Part shown: piece after piece, positions 46,296 through 56,588 of the stretch
Layout: every line of letters begins with the position of its first letter
How positions within the stretch are numbered: the stretch's first letter is position 1
IMG/VR virus record: IMGVR_UViG_3300045988_168112
Reading direction: 5' to 3' (one strand)
Source: a virus
Length of the DNA: 64,000 bases
Notes under the pieces: generated by a model
Databases searched by the model: none
Seen by the model: only the letters and a program-made list of their open reading frames with translations
Told to the model about the DNA's origin: nothing
Position numbers and translations under genes: made by a program

Positions 46296-49010
46296 TTAAT
46301 CTCTTTCTTTAGGTAAAGTTTTCTTTCCTGCTGTAATAACATTAAGAAAACCTTTAGTAATAGCAAGTTGAAGACTTTTCATAAATGCATCCCAATCAGA
46401 TTCTCCAGCTTGTTTAAACGCTTCATTTAAAGTCTTAGTATCTTGAATCACTTGTCCAGGTGTTGTTAAATAAGTAGTTGCTTTATTGATTAAAGCATTA
46501 TTTATAGAATTAGTATCTTGTTTTATTGAGTCTAAAATTTCACATACATCTCCCAAAGATTTTTCACCTTGAGTAATCTGCTTATTAGCATCTGTAGCAG
46601 TGATTCTCTCTGCACGTCCTACTGTCTGACGAGCTTCTGTAGGTTCATATGCACCTCTTGGAGTTTCTTTTAATGCACCAAAAGATTTTTGAATCTCATT
46701 ATATATTCTATCAATTACTTCAGTCGGTTCTCCAGTAGCAAATTGTTTTCTGATATCTTGCCAACTTAAATTAGGAAATACACCTTTCAGTAAATTAATA
46801 AATTGTTCATTATTCTGTGACAATCCTTGCAACTCACTTAAGAAACTTCTCATAAATTCAGGGTCTGCATTTCCACTCTGAACTTTTTCAAGTTGTTCCA
46901 TTGCTTCAGAGTACGTCCTTATATTAGGATTTGTCCTCGTCAATGTTCTTAATAAAAGAGCTTGAGTCGTCTCATCTTGGGAAATACCACTTCCTGAAAA
47001 TGCAGATTGATATCTTTCAAGTTGTCTTCCTTGTGCACCAGTTGCAGTCCTTATACCTGACATTACAGCAGCAACTTTACCTGCATCAAATTCGCCAGCT
47101 TTAGAAAGAATTTCATCAGACCTCTTTGAGAATGTCTCAAGTGATTCTTCCATAGTAGACGCTATTTCACTGAAAGGTAATTTCAACTCTCGCATTGACC
47201 TTTCAAATGCTCTAATTATAGCAGAACCACCATAACTTGTATTTTCGTCACCGAATCTTAATGCTCCTTGTAGACGATTAACTGCACTTGGTGCGATTCC
47301 ATACAATCTTTCTGCAGCCATCAAAGATTGAGATTCTCTTTCTGCAGTTACATCAAATTCAGTACCACCAGGAGCACGACCACCTGCAGCTCTTGTCAAT
47401 TCAGTCCTTCTCTGAAGATAGGAACCAATATCCATACCAAGAGCATCTGCAGCATATCTTCCTTCTCTTTTCGCAGTGCCAAATGCATCTTTTGTTGAAA
47501 CGCCGAATGTTTGAGCATAAGGGATTGTCTTATTTTCGGCTTCTGCAAATTTAGAAAATGTTTGTAATATTCTATCTGCAGCAATATTAGCAGGCATCTC
47601 GATACTTCGAGCTATAATATTACCAAAGATAGGTATCCAACGATACATATCAGCTTCATTAGCTGCTTGAACTCTTTTATAATTGGCTGCAGTTTCTACA
47701 GAACCCTGATATTCAGACCTTAAACCGAATTCTTCGTTTCTGAAATATCTCTCTGTAGCAATATTCTTTATTTGATTGAGGAAAGCAATAGTTCCAATAC
47801 CACCAAGAAGACCAGATAATCCTTTTCCTAATCCACTAATAATATTTAATCCACCTGCACCACCCTCTGATGATGAAGGTAATATAGGAGGAATATTCGT
47901 ACCAGAACCACCTCCACCTACATTATCATTATTTTGATTATTGCGATTAACAACAGATTCTCTTAATTCATCTACATTATCTTCAATTCGAGACAATGAA
48001 GCTGTTAATGCTTCAAGATAACGATTTGTTCCAGAATTATCTTTCTTCTCTTTATTATCACCTTTTATAAGATTTCTAATAGCATCACCTAATTCTCTCG
48101 AAGTTTGATAAATAACACCAGAAACACCATCTATAGCTTTAATAATATTTTCATCGTCAAAATTGAATTGTTGTTGACCTTCGATAATTCTCGTTTCTCT
48201 TCGTTCAACAACTTCATCATCTCTTTCTCTTAATCGAGGACTTTCTGTAGGAGGTATCTGATATTCAGATTTTGTTTCTACTGGGTCTTTTTCTCTTAAT
48301 ACTGAAGTATTCTCTTGAATAGTTTCTGTATTACGTTCAATGTTTTTGACGTTTTCTGTTACATTTTCACTATTATTTTCAGTTCTTCGAGAATTATCAA
48401 CATTTGTGACAGAATTATCAATATTCTCAACATGACGATTTATCTCAGTTAAAATCTCTTTCTGAGTTTCTTTGATTGTTTCTGTAGGTTTCCTTTCAAT
48501 AGGGAGTTCTCGTGTTGGTTGTCTTAAATTCCAAGAAACGGAACCAGTTTCTTCATCTATAACTGGTTCCACGTCTTCTTGATATTCAACCTTCCTTTTC
48601 GGACGTCTTTTTTTTGGTTTTTCTGAAGGTTTAGTTATTTCTTCATCATCAGGTTGAATTTCTGTTTCTTTATTTACTTCCCATGTAATAGAATTCGCAT
48701 TCTCATCATAAACTGGTTTTAACTCTCTTTGAGTTTGTTGTTGTGGAAGTGGAGTTGAAATAGGCTGTTGCACTTCAGGAGCTTGCATTGAAGCAGATTG
48801 TCTTCTCAAATCAATAAGAAGTTTCTCCAACTGATTCCTATCTTCCATTAGAGATAATTGTTCACGAAGTTGCTGCAGATGTTTCTCAGTATTCTGAGAA
48901 TTCGTTGAAGCAGCTTGGTCAATTTCACGATATAATGAAACTGCTTCTTCTCTCAATTGTCTTAATGGAGTAACATCAGCGGTCACTCGTATTCTTTTAT
49001 CTTCAGCCAT
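46296..49010 (-). CDS. tail tape measure protein
   Basis: 904 aa. Coiled-coil N-terminus, low-complexity central region, and a glycine-rich hydrophobic patch GGGGSGTN...GGAGGLNIISGLGKGLSGLLGGIGTIAF. It lies after the tube and chaperone genes. Confidence 0.7.
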   Translation of the reverse strand: MAEDKRIRVTADVTPLRQLREEAVSLYREIDQAASTNSQNTEKHLQQLREQLSLMEDRNQLEKLLIDLRRQSASMQAPEVQQPISTPLPQQQTQRELKPVYDENANSITWEVNKETEIQPDDEEITKPSEKPKKRRPKRKVEYQEDVEPVIDEETGSVSWNLRQPTRELPIERKPTETIKETQKEILTEINRHVENIDNSVTNVDNSRRTENNSENVTENVKNIERNTETIQENTSVLREKDPVETKSEYQIPPTESPRLRERDDEVVERRETRIIEGQQQFNFDDENIIKAIDGVSGVIYQTSRELGDAIRNLIKGDNKEKKDNSGTNRYLEALTASLSRIEDNVDELRESVVNRNNQNNDNVGGGGSGTNIPPILPSSSEGGAGGLNIISGLGKGLSGLLGGIGTIAFLNQIKNIATERYFRNEEFGLRSEYQGSVETAANYKRVQAANEADMYRWIPIFGNIIARSIEMPANIAADRILQTFSKFAEAENKTIPYAQTFGVSTKDAFGTAKREGRYAADALGMDIGSYLQRRTELTRAAGGRAPGGTEFDVTAERESQSLMAAERLYGIAPSAVNRLQGALRFGDENTSYGGSAIIRAFERSMRELKLPFSEIASTMEESLETFSKRSDEILSKAGEFDAGKVAAVMSGIRTATGAQGRQLERYQSAFSGSGISQDETTQALLLRTLTRTNPNIRTYSEAMEQLEKVQSGNADPEFMRSFLSELQGLSQNNEQFINLLKGVFPNLSWQDIRKQFATGEPTEVIDRIYNEIQKSFGALKETPRGAYEPTEARQTVGRAERITATDANKQITQGEKSLGDVCEILDSIKQDTNSINNALINKATTYLTTPGQVIQDTKTLNEAFKQAGESDWDAFMKSLQLAITKGFLNVITAGKKTLPKERD

Positions 49011-49011
49011 A

Positions 49012-49344
49012 TTATTCTTTATCTTCCATTTCTGCCATTAGAGCAGCTTCTCTACGAAATGCTTCAATATCATATTCTTCAATCATTCCAGAATCTTCTC
49101 TCTTCAACCATTCTCCTATATTAGGAGTATAAACGTCGTCGTTTTTATCCAATTCTCTCTTACGTATTTCTGAATATATCGAATCTTCTTCGAATTCCAT
49201 CCTTTGAGCTACAAAGGAACATTTTCTATGTTCTTCAGACATAAAAGCTATTCCATGTTTCTTTCTCCACCATCTATCATAAGGAAATCGATTATTCCAT
49301 TGAATCATGAATGTTTTAAGCTCATCAATGGTCATATCATTCAA
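49012..49344 (-). CDS. tail assembly chaperone-region ORF 2 (110 aa)
   Basis: Lies between chaperone ORF 1 and the tape measure gene. It is in the same reading frame as ORF 1, separated by TAA plus one codon. The track start is TTG; the first ATG is at 49335. Confidence 0.4.
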   Translation of the reverse strand: MNDMTIDELKTFMIQWNNRFPYDRWWRKKHGIAFMSEEHRKCSFVAQRMEFEEDSIYSEIRKRELDKNDDVYTPNIGEWLKREDSGMIEEYDIEAFRREAALMAEMEDKE

Positions 49345-49347
49345 CTT

Positions 49348-49686
49348 TTACTGATTCAAAATCTGATAAACTTCCTTCAAGAAAGGATAAACTTCAGTAT
49401 CGTAAAACTTACGAATTTCAGCGAAATCTTTCAAACCCAATTGATTAAAAGAATCAACTTTCAAATCTTTAACAAGCTCAGGCATCAATACCGTCAGTGT
49501 TGCTTCGATATCGATAATATCTAAAGCATTCTGAGCTGCCTTAGTAGAGTTGCCAAGTAATGTATTATAAAATCCTCTACCAAGACTTTGTTTCATGGTT
49601 TCAATACGATAGTATTCACCTACATTAGGGAATTTGATTGTATATTCCTTCCCTCTTAAATTAACTGTTTTATCTTCCATAATCAA
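49348..49686 (-). CDS. tail assembly chaperone-region ORF 1 (112 aa)
   Basis: Small ORF between the tube and tape measure genes, the conserved position of gpG-like chaperones. Confidence 0.45.
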   Translation of the reverse strand: MIMEDKTVNLRGKEYTIKFPNVGEYYRIETMKQSLGRGFYNTLLGNSTKAAQNALDIIDIEATLTVLMPELVKDLKVDSFNQLGLKDFAEIRKFYDTEVYPFLKEVYQILNQ

Positions 49687-49761
49687 TTGTTTTAATTCGT
49701 TATAAAGTTCTGACTTTATTTCAAAGAATCAATCAAATCATTGCTCAAAATACCTATTAAT

Positions 49762-49799
49762 AAAAAGAAGAGAGAATAGTTTTTAATTATCCTCTCTTC
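49762..49799 (-). terminator. rho-independent terminator after the tube gene
   Basis: 8-bp stem GAAGAGAG/CTCTCTTC (49767-49774 and 49792-49799), followed by UUUUUAUUA on the minus strand. It lies 47 nt after the stop at 49846. Confidence 0.55.
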
Positions 49800-49845
49800 A
49801 ATATAAAGATTTATGTCAATTCAAATCATTATAACTAACTGATTA

Positions 49846-50328
49846 TCAGAGTTCCAATGTTGATATCGGGTTGATATAAACTCCTGAAATATTGTATCCG
49901 GACACGCCTCCTTCGGCCAAACTGAACGCTTGATTATTGACAAAACAAGGATTCAACAAGCAAATTGTCTGACCAGTAGGGTCAACTTGTGTTACCATTT
50001 TCGTATTAGAATCCTGAGTTTGAATTGTCTTGCTGTAAATAGCAATAGCAAATCCAAGTTCACCTAATACCAATGTATCTACAATAGCCTTTACTGAACC
50101 AAGACGGTGCATCATACCTTCCATTACCGGTTGCTTGAAATCAATAAAGAACTGGTCTACTGTCCATGTACAATCATAACCTACTGGAGGTATCTCTTGT
50201 TTCAAAAGATTACCAAGACCTTGAACATTCGCACGACTGATATTCTCAGCGAATTGCAGGTTTCTTACAAAACCTGCAACCTTATTATCTATCTTTATAT
50301 ACGCTTTAGGCGCTGTAAAAACTGCCAT
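49846..50328 (-). CDS. tail tube protein
   Basis: 160 aa, directly downstream of the sheath gene and followed by a terminator. Size and position are typical of a tube protein. Confidence 0.6.
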   Translation of the reverse strand: MAVFTAPKAYIKIDNKVAGFVRNLQFAENISRANVQGLGNLLKQEIPPVGYDCTWTVDQFFIDFKQPVMEGMMHRLGSVKAIVDTLVLGELGFAIAIYSKTIQTQDSNTKMVTQVDPTGQTICLLNPCFVNNQAFSLAEGGVSGYNISGVYINPISTLEL

Positions 50329-50344
50329 ATTCTTTCGTTTTTAA

Positions 50345-51988
50345 TTATCCACGAATTAGATATCCAGTAAAGAACAACTTCGTGATTTCGTTATTTACCA
50401 CAATCTTATAAGTAGTGAAATAAGCATCATCTTTACGAGTTGTTACTACATCCTGGAATGACAACAATAAATTGTCTTGCTCACTTGTAGCTGTTCTCGA
50501 TTGTAAATAAGCTACTGTCCAATCTTTAACAGCACCTGCTGACAGAGTATTGGCATTCACACCGTTTTCTTGACCAAGAAGGTCGAGTGTTGCATTTACA
50601 ATCAATTCTTTATTAATCTGCGCTACAACACGCATGAACTGAATAGAGTAAGATTGACCTTTTGCATTGAACAGATTGGCGTTATCTTGCAATGTATTTA
50701 CACCCTGCAAAATATTGAACTTTCCAGTATAGTCGTTCAATACAACACAAAGAATACCATACTTCAAAGCTTTTTTCTTTTCAGTCTCAGTCAATATATG
50801 TTTTACTCTATCAACACCAATTGTCTTGAATGTAGGAGGTACATAAGGCGGTTTTCCGCTTACACGGCCCACTACTGCACAAGTCATGTAAATAGCCGGC
50901 CACCAACGAATCTTCTGTGCATCAAATGCAGATACCATACCTACACCACCATGTACCAATTGAATATAACAACTATCGAAAGCTTGAGCTAATGTGATTT
51001 CTTGTGCAAAATTAGCTGAATCATCATAACCTGCTACATACAAGAAGTGTTGGAATTTAGCATCTTGTGTCATATGAGTGATATATGCTTTTGTAGTTGC
51101 TGAATTTGCATTCGCTCCTACTTGGTCAAGTATCACTGCACTATAATCCAAACCTACAATCTGGTCAAGAACAGCATTTAAATCGTTCATATCAAACGAT
51201 TCAGTACCACCAGTAGCAAGGATATAAGGTTTACCGTTCAATGCAGTAGTAATATCATTCTGCTCAATCTTACCAGTACCTTCAACCTGAGAAGTGGAAT
51301 CAAGAACAAATACCAAACCAAAATTAGAATCATTATTGGCCCAATCAATCAATTCTTGAATGTTATCAATTTCAGGAGATTCGAGTACTAATTCAGGGTC
51401 ACAATTTTCTTGCGTAATGTCACCATAAGGCAAACCATCTGTATAAGTACCAGTATAAGTACCTCTCCAGAATTGCAGAATCCATTTAGTAGCATCTTCA
51501 CGTCCTGCGATAAAACTCAGACCGTAGCCTTTTGTCAATAATTCATCGTTCAACAACGAACCATTGGCTACTAAACCTTCATCTAATGTTTTAACTGCGA
51601 ATGTACCTCCTGCTGCTGTTGCAAATGTAATTTTTGCTCCTGTAGTTGTTGCTGCACGAACAAATTCAAGTTCAGAAATACCTACTGCGTCAGGATTCGA
51701 AGAGTCTGGTGCGAATAACGCTTCTGCAGCTCTCCACCACATTCCACCTTTCATAAATCCACGAAAATCTGAAAGATTGTCAAATGTATAAATAGCATTC
51801 TGACCTTGTGTATTTTCACCATTAATACCAGCACCACCACCAAATCCAGCAGAATATGTACCAGTATCAATAACAAGAACCTTACCGTAATCTAAATTAC
51901 GAGCAGGTCCAGTTTCTCCACTTATAATGGTGCTGTAAACACCAGGAAGAGATATTTGACGATTGTTAAAATAAAATGTGCTTGACAT
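50345..51988 (-). CDS. contractile tail sheath protein
   Basis: 547 aa. The N-terminal LPGVYSTIISGE resembles the conserved PGVY..E start of sheath proteins. It is followed by the tube gene. Confidence 0.8.
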   Translation of the reverse strand: MSSTFYFNNRQISLPGVYSTIISGETGPARNLDYGKVLVIDTGTYSAGFGGGAGINGENTQGQNAIYTFDNLSDFRGFMKGGMWWRAAEALFAPDSSNPDAVGISELEFVRAATTTGAKITFATAAGGTFAVKTLDEGLVANGSLLNDELLTKGYGLSFIAGREDATKWILQFWRGTYTGTYTDGLPYGDITQENCDPELVLESPEIDNIQELIDWANNDSNFGLVFVLDSTSQVEGTGKIEQNDITTALNGKPYILATGGTESFDMNDLNAVLDQIVGLDYSAVILDQVGANANSATTKAYITHMTQDAKFQHFLYVAGYDDSANFAQEITLAQAFDSCYIQLVHGGVGMVSAFDAQKIRWWPAIYMTCAVVGRVSGKPPYVPPTFKTIGVDRVKHILTETEKKKALKYGILCVVLNDYTGKFNILQGVNTLQDNANLFNAKGQSYSIQFMRVVAQINKELIVNATLDLLGQENGVNANTLSAGAVKDWTVAYLQSRTATSEQDNLLLSFQDVVTTRKDDAYFTTYKIVVNNEITKLFFTGYLIRG

Positions 51989-52081
51989 AAAATTTATTAA
52001 TTTTCATTAATTTTACGAACTGATATATGATTTAATTCCTTCGATTCTTTCTAAATAATTCTCAGGAATATAATTAACACC

Positions 52082-52112
52082 TAAATATAGATATTCTTTT
52101 TCTTTCTACAAA
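52082..52112 (-). promoter_or_regulatory. Bacteroidota-type promoter candidate (TTTG-N19-TATATTTA)
   Basis: The minus strand reads TTTGTAGAAAGAAAAAGAATATCTATATTTA, in the 131-bp gap upstream of the sheath gene and about 94 nt before its ATG. Confidence 0.4.
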
Positions 52113-52119
52113 CCAAATA

Positions 52120-52815
52120 TTAAATTATCTCTGATTCTACACCTGGCAATCCATGATTTTGATAATTATCTCCATCAATCGCTGCTATTCCTGCATCTTC
52201 AAATAACAATTTATTTAAAAATTCAGTATTAACCAAAGATGAAATAATTTGTTCAACAGAAACTTCCAATCTTACAGACCTTACAAATATAGGTAGAGGA
52301 ATCAAGTTTGTATCTGCCATAAGCTCTGTCATTGTTATATCGATAGTCGAATAATTAGCAGCTAACCAGTTATACGCTCCAGTCATTAATGCATAAAGTA
52401 CTTCTGATAATAAAATACTTTCTAACATATTATCTGACAGACACATAATTTCAAAACCACATTCTCTACTATCTCGAACTTGCCATGCTCCATCAGGAGT
52501 ATAAATTTCACCATTCAATTTACCTATTGAATTAGCAGGTCCTTTTGTTTTACCTGGTTCTCTTATGACGTAACAAGGTAATCCCGTCTTATCTTTAGGA
52601 AATTCAAGTCTTACTTCTATTTTCCTCGGATTAGCAGATGAACGAGTGAATAACGATTTTGCTTGTCGATAGAAATCAAAATTTCCATCCTTCATTCCAT
52701 ATAACAATCTATATAGAAAGGTATTTTCTTCGTCATTTTTATGATTTTCTAAATCTTTGGGTATATATTCCAATAGATTTAGAATAAGCTGTTTTACACG
52801 GATTATTTCTATCAT
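52120..52815 (-). CDS. neck / tail-completion module protein (unassigned)
   Basis: 231 aa, between the head genes and the sheath gene. The call rests on position only. Confidence 0.35.
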   Translation of the reverse strand: MIEIIRVKQLILNLLEYIPKDLENHKNDEENTFLYRLLYGMKDGNFDFYRQAKSLFTRSSANPRKIEVRLEFPKDKTGLPCYVIREPGKTKGPANSIGKLNGEIYTPDGAWQVRDSRECGFEIMCLSDNMLESILLSEVLYALMTGAYNWLAANYSTIDITMTELMADTNLIPLPIFVRSVRLEVSVEQIISSLVNTEFLNKLLFEDAGIAAIDGDNYQNHGLPGVESEII

Positions 52816-52816
52816 A

Positions 52817-53596
52817 TCATTTGTTATTTAATATCCTTTCTAATGTTTCATCAATAGCCATATCAGCAACTCTGTCTATCTGAGCAATTTCAAGTGCCCT
52901 ATCCATCAATCTCTTAGCAATAATACCACCATTGAACCAGCTATTAGGGTCTGACTTGTCACTAACTCTTCTAAATGTCATGTATTGACCTCTATTCTCA
53001 TTTTCTGAACTTGAAGCTTCAACTCGTACAAGCCCTTCATATTTAGCTGCTTTATGAATGTATTCTGGAACTTTTAATCCAGGAATGTTAATTTCTTTTC
53101 TTACACCAGGTATTTGTTGACTTTCAGGTAGTTGAGACCTTTTTAATGGCATTGGTGAATTTTTAGCAAGTTGATATACATCCTGAGGCATAATTGAACT
53201 GAATATTCCTGCTTCAGCAATCGCTTGCGGTGTCGCATGGCGGAACGGTACGGTCAAAAATGGTTTACCATCTTTTGTTCGCTTTGCTTTTAAAGAACCT
53301 AATAAAAATGGTTTTTCATTCCAAGGTCCATGTCCTTCCTCTATAGATAAAGGTAACGAAGATTCTCTATTAGATAATCCAAAAATAATTTCAGTAGGAT
53401 TGACTCGTTCAATAAAAATACCTCTTAAATATTCATTTCGAGAACTTTTTAATTCTTTATCTATTAGATTTTTCCATCTATAGGAATATTCTTGTGCTAC
53501 TCTATCTATAATAGTAGTACCTATCATCAATGTTTGATTTTCATCAAGTGAAAACTCTTCAATAAGAGAAGAAATATCTATATTAATTGGAACCAT
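52817..53596 (-). CDS. neck / head-completion module protein (unassigned)
   Basis: 259 aa. The call rests on position only. Confidence 0.35.
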   Translation of the reverse strand: MVPINIDISSLIEEFSLDENQTLMIGTTIIDRVAQEYSYRWKNLIDKELKSSRNEYLRGIFIERVNPTEIIFGLSNRESSLPLSIEEGHGPWNEKPFLLGSLKAKRTKDGKPFLTVPFRHATPQAIAEAGIFSSIMPQDVYQLAKNSPMPLKRSQLPESQQIPGVRKEINIPGLKVPEYIHKAAKYEGLVRVEASSSENENRGQYMTFRRVSDKSDPNSWFNGGIIAKRLMDRALEIAQIDRVADMAIDETLERILNNK

Positions 53597-54374
53597 ATAT
53601 TTCTTTCTTTAAAAATTCAACCAATTCTTCGACATCATCTGGAACTTTTGCTCCTTTAGAATCGTTTTCACTTGCCCATAGAGGCTGTAAGTTTCTGTAA
53701 TTGAAACAAATACGCTGATTCTCCTCTTTTGTTAAATCGAAATAGGAGCAAGGAATAATATGGTCGATATGCCATTCTCCATAATTATCCCATGACATTC
53801 CTGGCTCGAATTGTAGTTCAAGATGTTGCTTCAATTCTTCAATCGTACAACCGAGAAGTTCGAGAGTATGACCTGATTTCCAACCTTTCGTTATCGCTTG
53901 ATGAATTCTTGACCTTAAATTATGTTTTAAAGCAAAAATTTTATCTATTTTCCTTTTTTCTTGAATATATTTATTACACTTTACTCGTCTTTTTTGTTGT
54001 ATCTTTTTTAATACAATTTTACCATTGATAGATTGATAATATTTTTTATTATACTCTAAAATCTTTACATGTCTCCTTTTTCTAATCAAATATCTTACTT
54101 CTTTCCCTCTTTCAGACTGTTCGTAATTTTTATTTCTCTCTCTTATCTCATTTTTATTTTTTAAATACTTATTCTTATTATATTCCTTTATTTCTTCTTT
54201 ATGAGATTCTCTATATCTTTTAGATGCTTCTTTACTATTATATAAAGGTTTACAATCTTTACATTGATATTCATAACCATCAAAAGTTTTTTTATTTTTG
54301 TAAAAAGAATCTAAAGGAAGTTCCTTTCGACATTTCGAACAAATCTTGGTTCCTTTTTCGAAGTTAGCTCTCAT
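53583..54374 (-). CDS. HNH homing-type endonuclease
   Basis: The N-terminus has cysteine pairs CSKCRKELP...YQCKDCKP, the middle is a K/R-rich linker, and the C-terminus has the HNH core WHIDHIIPCS...NLQPLWASENDSKG. Confidence 0.8.
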   Translation of the reverse strand: MRANFEKGTKICSKCRKELPLDSFYKNKKTFDGYEYQCKDCKPLYNSKEASKRYRESHKEEIKEYNKNKYLKNKNEIRERNKNYEQSERGKEVRYLIRKRRHVKILEYNKKYYQSINGKIVLKKIQQKRRVKCNKYIQEKRKIDKIFALKHNLRSRIHQAITKGWKSGHTLELLGCTIEELKQHLELQFEPGMSWDNYGEWHIDHIIPCSYFDLTKEENQRICFNYRNLQPLWASENDSKGAKVPDDVEELVEFLKKEIYGSN

Positions 54375-54377
54375 AAT

Positions 54378-55148
54378 CTATATATTATCGTTAATTATTA
54401 CACCTGAACCATCGAAATTCGGTTTTTCTATTGCTATCAAATGACTTCTTCTTACTATTGCTTGAACCGGAAGTTGAATCTTCTGCAAAGAACCTTTTAT
54501 CTTATTTGTTTCCCAAGATGCCCTTACTTCATGCGGTAGGTCAAGTACGTGTCCCTCGATTCTATGCTTATAATAAATACTCACTACTCCATTTGTAGGA
54601 GGTTCAAAATCCAATATTAAACAATAAGGATTTTCAGGATTTACATGAGCTTGATTCGTTTTACTTAATTTTTCAGTAGAGGAAATGAAAGTATGAAGAG
54701 ATATCAAGTCAATCACTCGATACGTCGTAAAAACAAAAAACTCCCCGTTCATTTCTCTTATTTCCAAATTCTCACTAAAGTAAGAATATTCTGTCTCAAA
54801 AGTTATACGATTGAAATAACCTAAATTAGGTTTATCTTTATCAATCACTGTCACTGCGAATGTTCCTAATAAAGCCTCAGTCCAATTCTTATATTGATTG
54901 TTCTGATTAATTCCAGTTATAAGAGCTTTTGTTTTTGTAGGATTAACATAGAAATAACCAGTACCGAAACAATTCTGACAATCAGGTAAAGCTGCATCTC
55001 TTCCATGACAAGGACATCTCAATGCTGTTTCAAGTGTTACATCGTAACCTTTAGCAAAGATAGCTTTCTCAAACTCATCCTTATAAAATTCTGGTCTAAA
55101 ATTACTTAAACCTGGATTAGGTGTCTGTAAGATATTCTTCTGTTCCAT
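54378..55148 (-). CDS. neck / head-completion module protein with a CxxCxGxG zinc motif (unassigned)
   Basis: 256 aa. Contains CPCHGRDAALPDCQNCFGTGY, a DnaJ-type CxxCxGxG-like motif. The functional call rests on position only. Confidence 0.35.
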   Translation of the reverse strand: MEQKNILQTPNPGLSNFRPEFYKDEFEKAIFAKGYDVTLETALRCPCHGRDAALPDCQNCFGTGYFYVNPTKTKALITGINQNNQYKNWTEALLGTFAVTVIDKDKPNLGYFNRITFETEYSYFSENLEIREMNGEFFVFTTYRVIDLISLHTFISSTEKLSKTNQAHVNPENPYCLILDFEPPTNGVVSIYYKHRIEGHVLDLPHEVRASWETNKIKGSLQKIQLPVQAIVRRSHLIAIEKPNFDGSGVIINDNI

Positions 55149-55150
55149 AG

Positions 55151-55954
55151 TTAAAATACTCTGAATTTAACTTCATCGTAAACAAGTTTCAATCTGCCTA
55201 CTGCACTATCAATATCCTTTTTGTATTGAATAAGTCTTGCTGAATATGCTGCTGATGTTGCACTTGCTGTTGTACCTATACTTTGACTCAAACCATCTAT
55301 ACTTAACGATTGACTTGATACACCAGCAACACCGAGGACCAAATCTCCTGCGATGTTTAACGGACCAAAAGTAGCCAACATTCCAACTATATTCAATAAA
55401 TCCATTGGCATATCATCTATATCCCATCCTGTGATGTACTGGATTCTCCAATAATCAGGAATATTCTCATATCTTTGAGTTCCAATCTGAGATGTGATTC
55501 CAGTCAAAATAATTTCGGCATTTCCTTGAGTTGTTGATGAACCAGTAGGTACTACACTAATTCTCCTTTTCCCTTGATTCATTGCCGTATCGTATTCACA
55601 GAACAACCATCCTTGTGGATATATAATTTGTTCCATTTTATTCAGCATACCAATCATAGATAAAGGAATTCGTACAGGATAATTTGTCTGAAGTATAGGG
55701 AATTGTTGCCAATAATCTGAACGATAATATGAAAGAGTTTGGTCAACTAACTGTTTCATAAAACGCAGATTAAACCAATTTTCTACATCTCTCTGTGCAG
55801 ATTCTATGTAGAATCTCATGTTTTCATCTGAAAAAGACGTCCCTTCTCCTCCTTCGATTTTTATACCGAAAAGATATAAAGACCAAATTTCAGCAACAGA
55901 AAAAGCTAAACCAGTATTCTTTCTGTATTTTATTTTCAAAGTTAGTTGACCCAT
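55151..55954 (-). CDS. head-tail connector module protein (unassigned)
   Basis: 267 aa. The call rests on position only. Confidence 0.35.
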   Translation of the reverse strand: MGQLTLKIKYRKNTGLAFSVAEIWSLYLFGIKIEGGEGTSFSDENMRFYIESAQRDVENWFNLRFMKQLVDQTLSYYRSDYWQQFPILQTNYPVRIPLSMIGMLNKMEQIIYPQGWLFCEYDTAMNQGKRRISVVPTGSSTTQGNAEIILTGITSQIGTQRYENIPDYWRIQYITGWDIDDMPMDLLNIVGMLATFGPLNIAGDLVLGVAGVSSQSLSIDGLSQSIGTTASATSAAYSARLIQYKKDIDSAVGRLKLVYDEVKFRVF

Positions 55955-55966
55955 TGTAATACGTTA

Positions 55967-56506
55967 TTATGCTTTACTCAAAATCATTTCAATAATTTCA
56001 TCTTTTTTCTTGCCTTTCAAGTCGTCTTCAGAATAATTACCACCTTCTTCTGACATTGCAAGAGTTTTCAAGTCGTCGACTTTTGTTGCTTTCAAATCTG
56101 CTAACAAATTATCGTCTTCAATTTCTTCTTTGGTTGTTTCTTGAATTTCAGTCTTTACTGATTCAGTTTTTCCAGCTTTCAACTCTTCAACCAATTTCTT
56201 CCAAGATTCGATTTCACCATCTTTTTTAGAAAGTTCAATTTCCTGAGATTCAACGATACTCTTCAATCTACGAATCTCGTTTTCGTATTCCTCATTATCT
56301 TTCTTGATTTCTGTACGCAACTTATCTTCCATTTTTGTTCTATATTCCGGTTCTTCACCTTCTTTATAAATGTTAGGAAACTGACCATCGACAATTTCCT
56401 GATACAATTCGTCAGATACAGTTGCTACACCATTACAAAATTTTACTATCCCATTCTTGAAACTTAGAGTGTGTTGGGAATAAACTCTACTTTTAATTGT
56501 TACCAT
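55967..56506 (-). CDS. acidic coiled-coil protein (possible head decoration or accessory protein)
   Basis: 179 aa, E/K-rich. First gene after the terminator that follows the capsid gene. Confidence 0.4.
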   Translation of the reverse strand: MVTIKSRVYSQHTLSFKNGIVKFCNGVATVSDELYQEIVDGQFPNIYKEGEEPEYRTKMEDKLRTEIKKDNEEYENEIRRLKSIVESQEIELSKKDGEIESWKKLVEELKAGKTESVKTEIQETTKEEIEDDNLLADLKATKVDDLKTLAMSEEGGNYSEDDLKGKKKDEIIEMILSKA

Positions 56507-56520
56507 AATTCATTAATTTA

Positions 56521-56560
56521 AAAATAAAAAGGAGAAGGAGTTCTTTTAATCTCCCTCCCC
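56521..56560 (-). terminator. rho-independent terminator after the major capsid gene
   Basis: On the minus-strand RNA, GGGGAGGGAG pairs with CUCCUUCUCC (10 bp, two G-U pairs; arms at 56551-56560 and 56531-56540). UUUUUAUUUU follows the stem. Confidence 0.65.
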
Positions 56561-56588
56561 TTTTTTGAAACAATTTATTGCAATTAGA

